From contig JBJMMA010000134.1 of NCBI GenBank assembly GCA_045805065.1, positions 1-25,317 on the forward strand: a stretch of 25,317 nt of DNA. The letters run 5' to 3'. This document shows positions 6,002 to 15,976 of the stretch, piece after piece. Position numbers and translations under genes: made by a program. The notes under the pieces are model-generated. The model was not told the origin of the DNA and did not search any database. It worked only from the letters and a program-made list of their open reading frames with translations. The stretch comes from Bdellovibrionia bacterium. Its GTDB lineage: Bacteria > Bdellovibrionota > UBA1018. How positions within the stretch are numbered: position 1 is the stretch's first letter; the number at the start of each line of letters is the position of its first letter.

Positions 6002-8062
6002 TCAGGCCGCTTTGTTCACTTCTCGCTCTTCAGCAACAGCAGGTCCATCGACTAGCTCAGCAGAAGTTTGCGTCTTGTTTTGCTGAGGTTCCTGATTTCC
6101 CCGAACCAGAGTTTCAAGCTTCTGGGTTACGTCGGAGAGCTGTATCGCATTGTTACCGAGCTCATTGGAGATCTCGCTGGATCCTGATGCAAGCGTTGCA
6201 TTCTCTTGAGTGACTTCATCGATCTGGCTCAATGCCTTTGCGATTTCTCCCATCGCTTTCGCCTGCTCGCGCGAAGCCACAGCGATTTGCGTGACCGACT
6301 GATGGGCTTCCTGAACCCCAGCGAGAATCGTCGTCAGCGCGTCGCGGGCTTCCTCAGCAGACTTCACACAGTTAGTCGTTTGGGCCTTGGATCGCTCGAT
6401 GGACTGTGAAATGGTTTGGCGCGACTTCTCAACCAGGCTAGCCACTTCTTCCATCGATTGCGCGACGGTTTGCTGAATTTCCTGAGCGGTCTTTCCCGTC
6501 AATTGAGCGAGACGTCCCACTTCCTCAGCCACAATGGCAAAGCCCTTGCCGTGCTCGCCTGCGCGTGCGGCCTCAACAGAGGCATTGAATGAAAGAAGCT
6601 TGGTCTGGAATACAATGTCGTGAATCGCGCGGGTGCGCTCCTCGATCGTAGCGATAACTTTGCTGATTCCGGCAAGCTCCTCATGATTGCGGGTCATGTC
6701 TTTGCTTGTCTTCTCGCTCTCTTCTCCCATCTGCTGGATGACACCCATCAGGCGATCCATCACTACGGCGCCGTTTTCGGCAGCCACGCGTGATTTCGAG
6801 GATAGAGCTTCCGTGGTTTGGGTCGACTCAAGATTTTTTTGGATCGTCGCATTCACCTCTTCCATCGTGGCTGCAGTTTCCTGCAGAGCCGCAGCTTGCT
6901 GGGTTGCCGACGCAGTCAGGCGTTGAGATGACTCCTGAGCCTTTTCAGCCTGCTGGGAGATGGCCTGAACGCGAGCCTTGAGCGCACGTGCGAGCTGCTC
7001 GAGAACACGAACCACGCTGCCCGTGAACCATCCAATGATCAATGACGTCACCAAAGTCACAAAGAGCGTGACCATCACGATGATGCGACGAAGGTGATAC
7101 ACTTCGGCACGAAGCTCATCCTGATTCAGGCTTGCAGCCACATGCCATTCCACTTCCGGGAAATAGCGATAGATTGCCAATTTGTCCTGGGGCTTCTTTG
7201 TCTCAGCATTCAGCCAACGATAATTCATGGAGCCATCAGGGTGATCCATGATCTCTTTGAAAATAAGCTTTCCATCGAGATCCGTCTCGCTCAGCACGTT
7301 CTGACCTTCCTTGGTTGGATGAAGGATCATCGTGCCCTTATTGTCCATGATGTAAAAATAACCCGTATCCAGGATCTTGGTGGTTTTGAGATTTTGCTGG
7401 ATCAAGGTGTAGGAATTGTTCTCGCGGGTCCCGATAAAGAAAGCACCTACAGTGCGCCCGCCTTGAATAATCGGATGATAGGCGGTCACGAACCAGTCGT
7501 TCACGACGAAAGCACGACCCAGATACTCTTTTCCCTCTTGAAGGGTTTTATAGACAGGAGATGTAGGTGGAATGAAAGTTCCTTCGGCACGCGTGCCGTC
7601 GGTTTTCTTGATGCTGGTGGACGCGCGAACAAAGCCTTGCGGGGTCTCAACAAAGAGAGTGACTTCGCTTCCTGACTCTGCCGAGATTCGGTCGACGATG
7701 TCATGATCCGTGACCGGCTTTCCATCAAAGAGAAAATGAGGAACCTTGGCCTTCAACTTCTCGTGAGTGATTTGGTTCTCGATCTCGCGCTCGGCTCCGT
7801 TCGACTCATCGATTGCGAGCTTTGAGGAGTATTTCTTGAGATATTGGTTCAGTACCAGCTTCTGGCGCTCCAGGCTGTCCTGGTAAAGAGCGTGGACCGA
7901 TGCCTCAACCGATCGAAGCTGCATCGTGAGGCTTTCCATGGCCAGCTTCTCGACGATCTGCGAGGCCAGTCCATAGGTGATGGCGCCAGTCAGAGCCATG
8001 CCTCCTAAGAGAAACAGTGAAAATCCCAGAATGAACTTCGATCTCAGTCCTAGTTTTTTCAT
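6002..8062 (-). CDS. Methyl-accepting chemotaxis protein with Cache_3-Cache_2-like periplasmic sensor
   Basis: Two TM helices flank a Cache-type region ([35 protein letters not shown]). The signalling tip reads [30 protein letters not shown]. Confidence 0.95.
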   Translation of the reverse strand: MKKLGLRSKFILGFSLFLLGGMALTGAITYGLASQIVEKLAMESLTMQLRSVEASVHALYQDSLERQKLVLNQYLKKYSSKLAIDESNGAEREIENQITHEKLKAKVPHFLFDGKPVTDHDIVDRISAESGSEVTLFVETPQGFVRASTSIKKTDGTRAEGTFIPPTSPVYKTLQEGKEYLGRAFVVNDWFVTAYHPIIQGGRTVGAFFIGTRENNSYTLIQQNLKTTKILDTGYFYIMDNKGTMILHPTKEGQNVLSETDLDGKLIFKEIMDHPDGSMNYRWLNAETKKPQDKLAIYRYFPEVEWHVAASLNQDELRAEVYHLRRIIVMVTLFVTLVTSLIIGWFTGSVVRVLEQLARALKARVQAISQQAEKAQESSQRLTASATQQAAALQETAATMEEVNATIQKNLESTQTTEALSSKSRVAAENGAVVMDRLMGVIQQMGEESEKTSKDMTRNHEELAGISKVIATIEERTRAIHDIVFQTKLLSFNASVEAARAGEHGKGFAIVAEEVGRLAQLTGKTAQEIQQTVAQSMEEVASLVEKSRQTISQSIERSKAQTTNCVKSAEEARDALTTILAGVQEAHQSVTQIAVASREQAKAMGEIAKALSQIDEVTQENATLASGSSEISNELGNNAIQLSDVTQKLETLVRGNQEPQQNKTQTSAELVDGPAVAEEREVNKAA

Positions 8063-8071
8063 ACGTTAAAA

Positions 8072-8098
8072 TTCTCGGAAGAATTTCATAGTTTCTTA
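8072..8098 (-). promoter_or_regulatory. Putative sigma28 (FliA) promoter of the MCP gene
   Basis: Minus strand reads TAAG-N15-TCCGAGAA, ending 9 nt before the ATG. MCP genes are classical FliA targets. Confidence 0.65.
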
Positions 8099-8172
8099 AA
8101 CCTTCCTTCAAACATTCACGGCTCAGACGAGTGCGAATAGAGCCCCAACCCTCAACCGAAACTGCTCAACAT

Positions 8173-8191
8173 CTGTCTAAACATTAGACAG
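8173..8191. promoter_or_regulatory. Perfect palindrome, candidate enhancer-binding-protein site (UAS)
   Basis: CTGTCTAA-ACA-TTAGACAG (TGT-N11-ACA), about 70 bp upstream of a sigma54 -24/-12 match. Confidence 0.55.
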
Positions 8192-8261
8192 TCTTGGTTG
8201 ATGGTCAGGATTAAATCAGCCGTAGTTTCAGCCTATTAGGAAAGTGACAAAACGCCACCAC

Positions 8262-8278
8262 TTGGTATAAGCCTTGCT
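8262..8278 (+). promoter_or_regulatory. Putative sigma54 (-24/-12) promoter of the HK-RR operon
   Basis: TTGGTATAAGCCTTGCT has the exact GG-N10-GC spacing and a TTGC -12 box. Confidence 0.7.
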
Positions 8279-8329
8279 CAAATAGGGCTTAGAAATGACC
8301 AGCGCAGGCGAAGCTGGCGCGAGATTATT

Positions 8330-10372
8330 ATGAGCAGTAAGCGGTTTCTAAAATCAAATTCCAGCTGGAGAACGGGAGTGATGTCCGTTCTTCTTCGCTA
8401 TGAGAAACTAGTCATGGTTCTCCTGGCATCCGCTGGACTCACCGCTGTTCTTCAACATATCGAGTTTAATCTTCTGGAAGCAGGCCTTTACGACCTCAGA
8501 GTGAAAGCCTCTTTTCCTTCACGCTCCAGCAAGGACATCGTCCTGGTCACCATGGATGATCAGACCATCAAAACGCTGGACCAGCCTGCCCCCCTATCGC
8601 TTGATACTCACGCGAAATTCATGGAAGCGCTTGCGCGTCTCCATCCTCGTGGCGTGGGTTACCTGATCGACATGAATCAGGTCCGCCAGACCAATACGGA
8701 TCTTTTTCAAGGCGAATGGCCCCAGCGCTTTCTCGATGCCACCCGCCAGCTTGAGCAGAGCGGTACAACGGTTCTTTTCGGAACTCCTTATGATGTAACG
8801 GGTGAAGTAGTCGCGCCTTATCCATTGAGCACTCTTCCCCACGCGCTGGCTTTCATCCACAAGGATGGAACCGTCTTCGCAGAAGACAAAGTGACCCGTC
8901 GCGCGCTCGTGACTTTAAATGACAAACCAACCTTTCATATCGATTTTGCTGAACGCCTGGGCATGATCCCGAGCGGACAAGTCCCTCAGGGAACGTTTTC
9001 AATTCCGGAGATTGGAACGCAGTTCTTTTTCTTCCGCTACAGAGGCGACACCGTCATCCCTACCCGTCAGCGCGCAACGCCTCCTTACGAACGCATCTCG
9101 TTTCATGAGATCCTGGATGGAAATTTCAAGAACGATGCGTTCCGAAACAAGATTCTCCTCGTAGGCTCGTTTCTCCGCGAGAGCCCAAGCGACTTCACTT
9201 ATACTCCCTATTCGAGGACCGATTTCGTCAATCCCAAGCTTCTGGTCCATGCGCACATCCTGGACTCTGTCATTCATGATGATGGAATCACCCTTCTGCC
9301 AGCCTGGATCAACTGGGTCATCACGTTTGTCATGAGCTCGCTCGTGTTCTGGTGGGTGTTGAACCTGACCCCGCTTTACGGAGTGTTCTCCACGATCTCG
9401 CTCTCGATCGCTTTCCTGGTTATCAGCCAACTCATCTTCCAGGCTAACGGGCTCTGGATCCGTGAAAGCCAGCCCCTGGTTGCGATCCTGATTGGTTATT
9501 ATCTGGCGGTTCCATACCGTCTGATCCGTGAATACAAGAAGCGCTGGGACTATCAGCGCAAAAACGAGCTTCTCCTTCAAGTGGAAGAGCTCAAGACCAA
9601 CTTCCTGAACCTTGTGACCCATGACCTCAAGACCCCGGTCGCGCGAATCCAAGGACTTGCCGAAGTTCTTCTGCGAAAAGCAAACGAGCGCTTGGTTGAT
9701 CGTGACCGTGATACGCTTCAACACATCATCGGCTCGACGGATGAGCTCAACCGCTTCATCTCGAGCATTCTGGAGCTTAGCAAAGTCGAGTCCCAGAGCC
9801 TCAAGCTTCAGATCGAATCCAAGGACATCAATCAACTCATCGAGCGCTGCGTGGAGGGCTTCAAAGCTGCCGCACGCGCTCGTAACATCAAAATTCAGCT
9901 TCAGCTGGATCCTCTGTTTCCAGTGCGCATCGACGCGGGCCTGATCTCCAAGGTCATGAACAACCTCGTGGACAATGCGATCAAGTATTCGCCAGCCGAG
10001 TCAGAAGTCCTGATCCTCTCGCGCGAAACCGAGAACTGGATCGAGATCATGATCCAGGACCGCGGCATCGGGATGACTCCAGAAGAGCAGGAAAGCCTTT
10101 TCACCCGATTTTATCGCGCGAAAAACAATACGACTGCCGAAATTTCCGGAACCGGCCTCGGACTCTACCTCACCCGCTACTTCATCGAAGCGCACGGTGG
10201 ATCGGTCGAAGTCGAGAGCGAAAAGGGCAAAGGAAGCACATTCAAGATTCGTCTGCCAATCGAAGGCGCGCAAAGCGACTCGATCGTCCAGACGCAAACC
10301 CGATCTGTTGGCCTGACCCTTCGGATCGGCACATTGGTTAAAAGTTTGTCGAGCAAGAGCTCAAGTACCTGA
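8330..10372 (+). CDS. CHASE2-domain sensor histidine kinase
   Basis: CHASE2-like region (DIVLVTMDDQTI; NKILLVG; LVHAHILDSVI) followed by three TM helices. H-box THDLKTP, N-box NLVDNAIKYS, G boxes DRGIG and GTGLGL. The true start may be a slightly downstream Met. Confidence 0.93.
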   Translation: MSSKRFLKSNSSWRTGVMSVLLRYEKLVMVLLASAGLTAVLQHIEFNLLEAGLYDLRVKASFPSRSSKDIVLVTMDDQTIKTLDQPAPLSLDTHAKFMEALARLHPRGVGYLIDMNQVRQTNTDLFQGEWPQRFLDATRQLEQSGTTVLFGTPYDVTGEVVAPYPLSTLPHALAFIHKDGTVFAEDKVTRRALVTLNDKPTFHIDFAERLGMIPSGQVPQGTFSIPEIGTQFFFFRYRGDTVIPTRQRATPPYERISFHEILDGNFKNDAFRNKILLVGSFLRESPSDFTYTPYSRTDFVNPKLLVHAHILDSVIHDDGITLLPAWINWVITFVMSSLVFWWVLNLTPLYGVFSTISLSIAFLVISQLIFQANGLWIRESQPLVAILIGYYLAVPYRLIREYKKRWDYQRKNELLLQVEELKTNFLNLVTHDLKTPVARIQGLAEVLLRKANERLVDRDRDTLQHIIGSTDELNRFISSILELSKVESQSLKLQIESKDINQLIERCVEGFKAAARARNIKIQLQLDPLFPVRIDAGLISKVMNNLVDNAIKYSPAESEVLILSRETENWIEIMIQDRGIGMTPEEQESLFTRFYRAKNNTTAEISGTGLGLYLTRYFIEAHGGSVEVESEKGKGSTFKIRLPIEGAQSDSIVQTQTRSVGLTLRIGTLVKSLSSKSSST

Positions 10373-10398
10373 GAGAGACCTAATAAGGAGAGTAGAGT

Positions 10399-11928
10399 AT
10401 GTTCAAAGTTCTCGTAGTTGATGATGACGCGGATCTGAGATTGACGGTTTCTTCTGCTTTGTCAGAAAACCACTACTCCGTCGAACAAGCTCGTGACGGC
10501 GAGGAAGCCGTGAATCGCGTTCGCGCCGGCAAGTTCGACCTCGTTCTCCTGGATGTGAATATGCCTCGCATGAGCGGGATGGAAGCGCTGAAGGAAATCA
10601 AGGCGCACGATCCATCCATCATCGTCATCATGCTGACCGCGTTCTCGAACGTCCGTGATGCGGTCGAGTCCACCAAGGAAGGCGCATACAACTATCTCGA
10701 AAAGCCGATCAAGGCAGAGAACCTGGTCTACCTCGTGGACAAGGCGCTCCGCGCCCATCGCATGGTCAAGAACATCGCCCTCTCCTCTCCTATGATCAAG
10801 CTGCCGAACGGCACGGAGTTCATCGGCCAGAGCACGGAAATGAAACGTGTGTTCAGCGTCATCGACAAGCTCTCCCGTGTCGATACGGCCGTTTTGATCC
10901 GCGGTGAAAGCGGCACCGGCAAGGAACTCGTTGCCTCCGCGCTTCACTACAACAGCCCTCGCAAGGATAACCGCTTTGTCACGATCAATTGCTCGGCTAT
11001 TCCCGACACTTTGATCGAAAGCGAGTTCTTTGGTCACGAGAAAGGCGCCTTCACGGGAGCTGACTCCCGTAAGATCGGGAAATTCCAGTACGCCGATGGC
11101 GGCACCCTCTTTCTGGACGAAATCGGCGACATTGCTCCCGCAATGCAGGTGAAGCTCCTCCGCGCCCTTCAGGAAAAGCGCTTCACGCCAATCGGCTCAA
11201 ACCGCGAAGTGGAAGTGAACGTCCGCATCGTGGCCGCAACGAACCGCAATCTTGAGGAAATGATCAAGAAAGGCGAGTTCCGCGAAGATCTCTTTTATCG
11301 CTTGAACGTCCTTCCGATCCAATTGCCCCCTTTGCGCGAGCGCAAGAACGACATCAAGCACCTGGCTGAGTACTTCATTGAGAAGTTCAATGCGCAATAC
11401 TCCAAGAACATCTCAGGCTTTGCCGCGGATGCCATGGAATTGCTGATGAGCCACGCCTGGCCTGGCAACATCCGTGAGCTTGAGAACGTCATTGAGCACG
11501 CGTTTGTTATCGAAAACCAGACACAGCTGACAATCGCAAGCTTGCCTGAGAGCCTGACGGGCAGATCACTCACCCGCTCCTCTGGCGTTCGCCCAGGCCT
11601 GACTACGGCGATGAACGATGATGCGGAAGATCTATCCGATCTCGACGCCGACGATGAGTCCGGCGAAGAGCTTGTGACCGGGGAAATTCTCGCAACCGGC
11701 ACCGCTGGCATCCCGACCTTCAACATGGATAGCAAGGGCTTCACCCTGGACATCAATCGTCTGGACTTCCAGGCCAACAAGGAAGAGTTTGAGCGTCGTT
11801 TCCTGATCAGCGCTTTGAAAGCCTTCAAAGGACGGATCAATCAAACCGCGTTGCACGCCAACATTCCTAAGAAGACATTGCTCCGTAAGCTCCAAAAATA
11901 CGGGATCAACGCACGCGATTACGTGTAA
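10399..11928 (+). CDS. Sigma54-dependent (NtrC/AtoC-family) response regulator
   Basis: REC domain (VVDDD, LLDVNMP, KP), AAA+ domain with [21 protein letters not shown] and [10 protein letters not shown], and a C-terminal Fis-like HTH. AAGGAG RBS. Confidence 0.97.
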   Translation: MFKVLVVDDDADLRLTVSSALSENHYSVEQARDGEEAVNRVRAGKFDLVLLDVNMPRMSGMEALKEIKAHDPSIIVIMLTAFSNVRDAVESTKEGAYNYLEKPIKAENLVYLVDKALRAHRMVKNIALSSPMIKLPNGTEFIGQSTEMKRVFSVIDKLSRVDTAVLIRGESGTGKELVASALHYNSPRKDNRFVTINCSAIPDTLIESEFFGHEKGAFTGADSRKIGKFQYADGGTLFLDEIGDIAPAMQVKLLRALQEKRFTPIGSNREVEVNVRIVAATNRNLEEMIKKGEFREDLFYRLNVLPIQLPPLRERKNDIKHLAEYFIEKFNAQYSKNISGFAADAMELLMSHAWPGNIRELENVIEHAFVIENQTQLTIASLPESLTGRSLTRSSGVRPGLTTAMNDDAEDLSDLDADDESGEELVTGEILATGTAGIPTFNMDSKGFTLDINRLDFQANKEEFERRFLISALKAFKGRINQTALHANIPKKTLLRKLQKYGINARDYV

Positions 11929-11956
11929 GTAATCGCGACGGCTAGACCAAAAAAAC

Positions 11957-11990
11957 AAAAAGGGCATCACCCGCCAAGGTGATGCCCTTT
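11957..11990. terminator. Bidirectional intrinsic terminator
   Basis: AAAAGGGCATCACC-CGCCAA-GGTGATGCCCTTTT between convergent genes, with A and T tracts on both sides. Confidence 0.9.
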
Positions 11991-12014
11991 TATGTTTTCA
12001 GCTTTTAAGCGAAC

Positions 12015-12833
12015 TTACATCTTTTCGATGGCTTGCTCGTTGATCTGGATCTTGGCTTCCTTCTTGAGCTTACCCACGTAGGAGTCCTTCAAGCCATGGC
12101 CCATGTCCTGCTTCACGCGCATTTCGACTTCATCAAATGCCAGAGGCTTGCCGCCCTTCTTTTCGACGATCTTGATGATGTGATAGCCAAAGCTCGTCTT
12201 GATCGGGCCGACAATCTCGCCAGTGGAACCGCCAAACGCCGCGTCCATGAAAACTGGATCAAACGGAGCGTTTCGGCCGAAGGATCCAATATCGCCGCGA
12301 TTGTTCTTAGCCGATGGATCACGAGAGTACTTTGTCGCCAGAGCCTGGAAGTCAGCATCCTTTGCTTTAGCAAGCTTCAGGACTTCGTTTGCCTTCTCTT
12401 CGTCAGCAAGAAGAATGTGCATCGCATGGACCTGCTCCGTGCTGTAGCGACTCTTGTTGGCTTCATAGAATTTCTTGGCCGCAGAATCCGTCATCTTTGC
12501 GCCCAGGTTTTTTTGAAGGGCGCGGCTTGAAAGATACTGCTTTCTGAAAGCAGTCAGCGCGTCTTTATAGTCCTGGTCCTGATCCAGCTTCTGTTTCACA
12601 GCTTCATCAACCAAAACTTCCTGCTCGACCAGTTCGTTGACAATCTGGCGGCGGGTATTGACGTCTTTCAAGACGTTCTCGCGCATGCCTTCGTTCATGG
12701 AGCTCAGTGCCATCCGCACGTCGCGATCCGTGATCGATTGGCCATTGACCTTAGCGACTTCGGCAGCGAAGCCGGAGCTTGCGCCAGCCGTTGCCACAAT
12801 CAGGGTGAAAGCATAAAGAGCTCTGTTCTTCAT
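12015..12833 (-). CDS. Periplasmic parvulin-type peptidyl-prolyl isomerase (PpiC/PrsA-like foldase)
   Basis: Signal peptide, VAKVNG, and rotamase motifs HAMHIL, FQALATKYSRD, GDIG and GPIKTSFGYHII. The ATG at 12833 follows a GGAGA RBS; the ORF track starts at a TTG at 12851. Confidence 0.92.
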   Translation of the reverse strand: MKNRALYAFTLIVATAGASSGFAAEVAKVNGQSITDRDVRMALSSMNEGMRENVLKDVNTRRQIVNELVEQEVLVDEAVKQKLDQDQDYKDALTAFRKQYLSSRALQKNLGAKMTDSAAKKFYEANKSRYSTEQVHAMHILLADEEKANEVLKLAKAKDADFQALATKYSRDPSAKNNRGDIGSFGRNAPFDPVFMDAAFGGSTGEIVGPIKTSFGYHIIKIVEKKGGKPLAFDEVEMRVKQDMGHGLKDSYVGKLKKEAKIQINEQAIEKM

Positions 12834-12885
12834 ATTCTGATCTCCATTCAATCTCGGCCCGGGCTCCGCCCGGCCTGGTCATGAT

Positions 12886-14178
12886 CTATAAATATTCTTT
12901 AAAAAGCTTATCATAATGTTCCTGAATCTTCTGCAAATCGACACGATTCAGGAAATTCGAAAAGCTCATCCACACCGTTAGGCCACTCATTTCCTTGAAA
13001 TGTGGCGGCAGGTAATGAGGCTCATCCACGATGCCTTCCTTATATTTTTGATAGAGCAAGGGTACATCGTCCACATGTATTTTACCGGCAAACAAAAATG
13101 GGATGAGATCGGGCCGCCCGGCTCGAATAGCCGTCCGCATGAAATTGTAGTTCTCGATGAAACCGCGGCAGTAAGAGATGTCCTTGGTAAAAGGAGCCCC
13201 GCCCTCCACCGTTCCGCCCCGATAAACTCGCTTTACGTTATAGAGGCACTCGGTTTCCGAATAACCCTCAGTCCGGTAAAACTCGAGAAGCTCAAGAAGA
13301 TTGGCTCCGTCTTCAGCCTTGGCGATTCCCAGAATCCGATCGTTAATCTGCCGGGCTCTTCGGGGATAGGAGCGAAAGGTAAAGATCTCCATGATGACCG
13401 CCAGACCTTCCTGCGTCGCTGAGCAACGAGGAGGCCCTTTGGAAAGCCATTTGGCAACATGTTGATTGTTCCCGTTCTGAGTGGTTCCAACGTGGACCCA
13501 ACCTTCATGCACCTCAAGAACGTCAATATCGCGAGCCGAGAACATCGCACCCGCTTTGATTTTAACAGTATCTCCCCCTGCTGCGGCATCGGCCACGATT
13601 CCGTCAGAGAGCTTGGCTTGAACTGTTCCATCCGGAAAGTAGTTCTTAAAGCGCTTATTGAGTTCTTCCACGACGTCTTCAGCGGGAATATCTTCAACAA
13701 ATTTGGGCCCTGGCATGTTCTCCTCAAGGCCACTGAGAATTTCATAGAGGTGCTGACCCAGCTCCAGAATCGTATTTTTCTCGTCAAAGAGATGATCCTT
13801 GGGTGAGCCGTAAAGTTTCTTGCTCAGCTCCCAAAACCGGGAGGTGCCGCGTGCTAAAAGCATGTCGACAACGTCGATGTATTGCTGCGAAATCGAGACG
13901 AGCAGCCTTCCCATCGAATCATCCGCCCCTAGCGTCAGCTGGATATCGGTGATGATGTCCCGCAGCTCTTCCTTTTTTCTCTCTGCATCAAAAGAGAGCG
14001 GAAATTTCTCGTAGTATTCAGGCCCGATCTTGGGCATCTCGCGGAATTTGCTTTTCCGGAGCTCCTGCTCAATGGATGGATCCCACTTAATGGCATCCAG
14101 AATGCGAATCGGCTTTTGTGCCTCCACAATCCGCACTGATAGACGCTTGATCTTCTCTTTGTAAGTGGTCCAGACCAT
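12886..14178 (-). CDS. QEGLA-motif protein (DUF1704/MATCAP-like HExxxH metallopeptidase family)
   Basis: HEGWVH, TQEGLA and FTKDISY motifs. The start is uncertain (14178 MVWTT chosen; the ORF extends to 14205). Confidence 0.88.
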   Translation of the reverse strand: MVWTTYKEKIKRLSVRIVEAQKPIRILDAIKWDPSIEQELRKSKFREMPKIGPEYYEKFPLSFDAERKKEELRDIITDIQLTLGADDSMGRLLVSISQQYIDVVDMLLARGTSRFWELSKKLYGSPKDHLFDEKNTILELGQHLYEILSGLEENMPGPKFVEDIPAEDVVEELNKRFKNYFPDGTVQAKLSDGIVADAAAGGDTVKIKAGAMFSARDIDVLEVHEGWVHVGTTQNGNNQHVAKWLSKGPPRCSATQEGLAVIMEIFTFRSYPRRARQINDRILGIAKAEDGANLLELLEFYRTEGYSETECLYNVKRVYRGGTVEGGAPFTKDISYCRGFIENYNFMRTAIRAGRPDLIPFLFAGKIHVDDVPLLYQKYKEGIVDEPHYLPPHFKEMSGLTVWMSFSNFLNRVDLQKIQEHYDKLFKEYL

Positions 14179-14278
14179 GATGATATTTATTAATTGTGTA
14201 TGCATCGGTCATATCTGGCAACTCATCTTGCCGGCTGATGACACGTGACCCATCAGCTGCCGTCAATAGACTGACGAC

Positions 14279-14295
14279 TTGGTACTTCGATTGCA
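14279..14295 (+). promoter_or_regulatory. Putative sigma54 (-24/-12) promoter of the 14326 gene
   Basis: TTGGTACTTCGATTGCA has GG-N10-GC spacing. It is followed by a GGAGG RBS (14310-14314) and the ATG at 14326. Confidence 0.7.
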
Positions 14296-14325
14296 CTTTT
14301 TCAAGGATCGGAGGACTCCCCTTAT

Positions 14326-14964
14326 ATGAACCCCCAAGACCCCCCTCAATCAAGCGGCGGCTCCCAATCTCCAAAATCGGAAGCGCCAGAAATGCATGTT
14401 CACGGACCCAAAAACGCGGAACATGAGCTGCGAAAGGCTTACAATACGCTGATCGAAGCTGATCTCACCTTTTCCTGGGATCGTCAGACCCCACAAGACG
14501 TGAACCACCAGGAACTGATCGATATCTATAAGCACGCGTATAATTGTTACAGAAAGGGCGACAGACTTTCCGCCGAACGCTGGGCCAGAACGGCAAAGCA
14601 TCTTTCTCGTGCACTTTGGTGCGAGGCAAAGATCGCTTTCCTCAAGCCCCGACTCAATCTTTACCCCTATCTGGAAGGTGCAACGCCCGAGGAATACAAC
14701 CTTCACGAGCGCATCGACACAACCGCCGACCTTCTAGACTCCGTTGGCGAGCACGTCCCTCCAGGCCTGGATCAGATGCCTGAGCAGATGACCAAAGCCC
14801 TCTCCAAGGGGCGTCGACATCTGGATGAAATCAAAAGCTCCGGCCTCAAGCATGAGCTTTTGAAAGCTGAGCATATCAAGGCAGCTCACGAATACGGACG
14901 AGTGATTGAGTGCATGGCTTTAGCCTTTGAAGCTGAAGCCCACGGAAAGTCTCAAGCAGCTTGA
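14326..14964 (+). CDS. Hypothetical alpha-helical protein
   Basis: 212-aa ORF with RBS, promoter match and downstream terminator. It fills the gap between divergent and convergent genes. No recognised motif. Confidence 0.8.
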   Translation: MNPQDPPQSSGGSQSPKSEAPEMHVHGPKNAEHELRKAYNTLIEADLTFSWDRQTPQDVNHQELIDIYKHAYNCYRKGDRLSAERWARTAKHLSRALWCEAKIAFLKPRLNLYPYLEGATPEEYNLHERIDTTADLLDSVGEHVPPGLDQMPEQMTKALSKGRRHLDEIKSSGLKHELLKAEHIKAAHEYGRVIECMALAFEAEAHGKSQAA

Positions 14965-14987
14965 TAAGAGCCTGCCGAAAATAAAAA

Positions 14988-15022
14988 AAAACGGCTTGAA
15001 CCGCGAAGGTCCAAGCCGTTTT
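14988..15022. terminator. Bidirectional intrinsic terminator (after rpsI and the orphan)
   Basis: AAAACGGCTTGaACC-GCGAA-GGTcCAAGCCGTTTT, with an A9 tract upstream. Confidence 0.9.
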
Positions 15023-15045
15023 GATTTTGTAAGAATAAAGTCGGA

Positions 15046-15444
15046 TTAACGCTTCGAGTACTGGAAGCGGCGACGTGCGCCAGCCAGGCCGTACTTCTTA
15101 CGCTCAACTTCGCGGGAGTCGCGAGTGATATGTCCGCCCTTTTTCAGAACTGGACGATATGCTGCATCAACATCCAGAAGAGCTTTGGTGATTCCGTGCT
15201 TCACAGCGCCTGCTTGGCCGGAAAGACCGCCGCCACGAACATTGACAAGAATGTCGAAGCGACCCACGGTTTGAGTGAGCTCAAGAACTTGCATGATAAT
15301 CAGGCGAGAAGCCGGACGTGGGAAGTAGTCTTCGAAAGAACGGCCGTTCACACGGATCGTGCCGACTTCGCCAGCGCGGGGACGGAGGTAAACACGGGCA
15401 ATCGCGTTTTTCCGTTTGCCGACTTCGTGAAGTTGTTTTTCCAT
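15046..15444 (-). CDS. rpsI: 30S ribosomal protein S9
   Basis: [29 protein letters not shown] and [26 protein letters not shown]. Confidence 0.99.
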   Translation of the reverse strand: MEKQLHEVGKRKNAIARVYLRPRAGEVGTIRVNGRSFEDYFPRPASRLIIMQVLELTQTVGRFDILVNVRGGGLSGQAGAVKHGITKALLDVDAAYRPVLKKGGHITRDSREVERKKYGLAGARRRFQYSKR

Positions 15445-15466
15445 TTTAATTCAATCTCCTAAAAAA

Positions 15467-15967
15467 TTACTTAGTCTTCGCAACAACGGTGCGACGGACA
15501 GTGCCTGCAGGAAGTGGCTGCGGGTTCTGAGCCGTATGTGGATGCTGGTCCGCCGTGTAGATCTTAAGCTTCTTCATCTGGTGGCGAGCCAAGCTGGACT
15601 TGTTCGTCATTCCCCAGACTGCTTGACGGAGGATTTCCTCCGGATCGCGCTGAAGCATATCCTTAGCGGTGTATGTCTTCAATCCGCCGACGTAACCGGT
15701 GTGCTTGCGATACAACTTGGTGTTCCACTTATTGCGAGTGAAAACGACCTTGTCTGCATTGAGAACGACGATGAAGTCGCCTGCATCCGCATGACGGGTA
15801 AAGGTTGGTTTGTGTTTGCCGGTCACCACGCGGGCGAGAACTGTCGCAAGACGGCCGACCACTTGGTCCTTGGCATCAACGACGTACCACTTCGGGGCGT
15901 TTGGTCCCGTTGTCTCAAAAAAATGGGGACCGGACTGCTTCGCCTGATAAGACTTTTGCTGCAACAT
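15467..15967 (-). CDS. rplM: 50S ribosomal protein L13
   Basis: WYVVDA, VGRLA, GKHKPTFT, DAGDFIVVLNADKV and HPHTAQNP. It lies directly upstream of rpsI. Confidence 0.99.
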   Translation of the reverse strand: MLQQKSYQAKQSGPHFFETTGPNAPKWYVVDAKDQVVGRLATVLARVVTGKHKPTFTRHADAGDFIVVLNADKVVFTRNKWNTKLYRKHTGYVGGLKTYTAKDMLQRDPEEILRQAVWGMTNKSSLARHQMKKLKIYTADQHPHTAQNPQPLPAGTVRRTVVAKTK

Positions 15968-15976
15968 AGGGATTCG

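Noticed and set aside
5932..6213. 93-aa plus-strand ORF beginning inside hairpin copy 4
   Set aside because: It starts within the repeat core and runs antisense to the MCP 3' end, with no coding signal.
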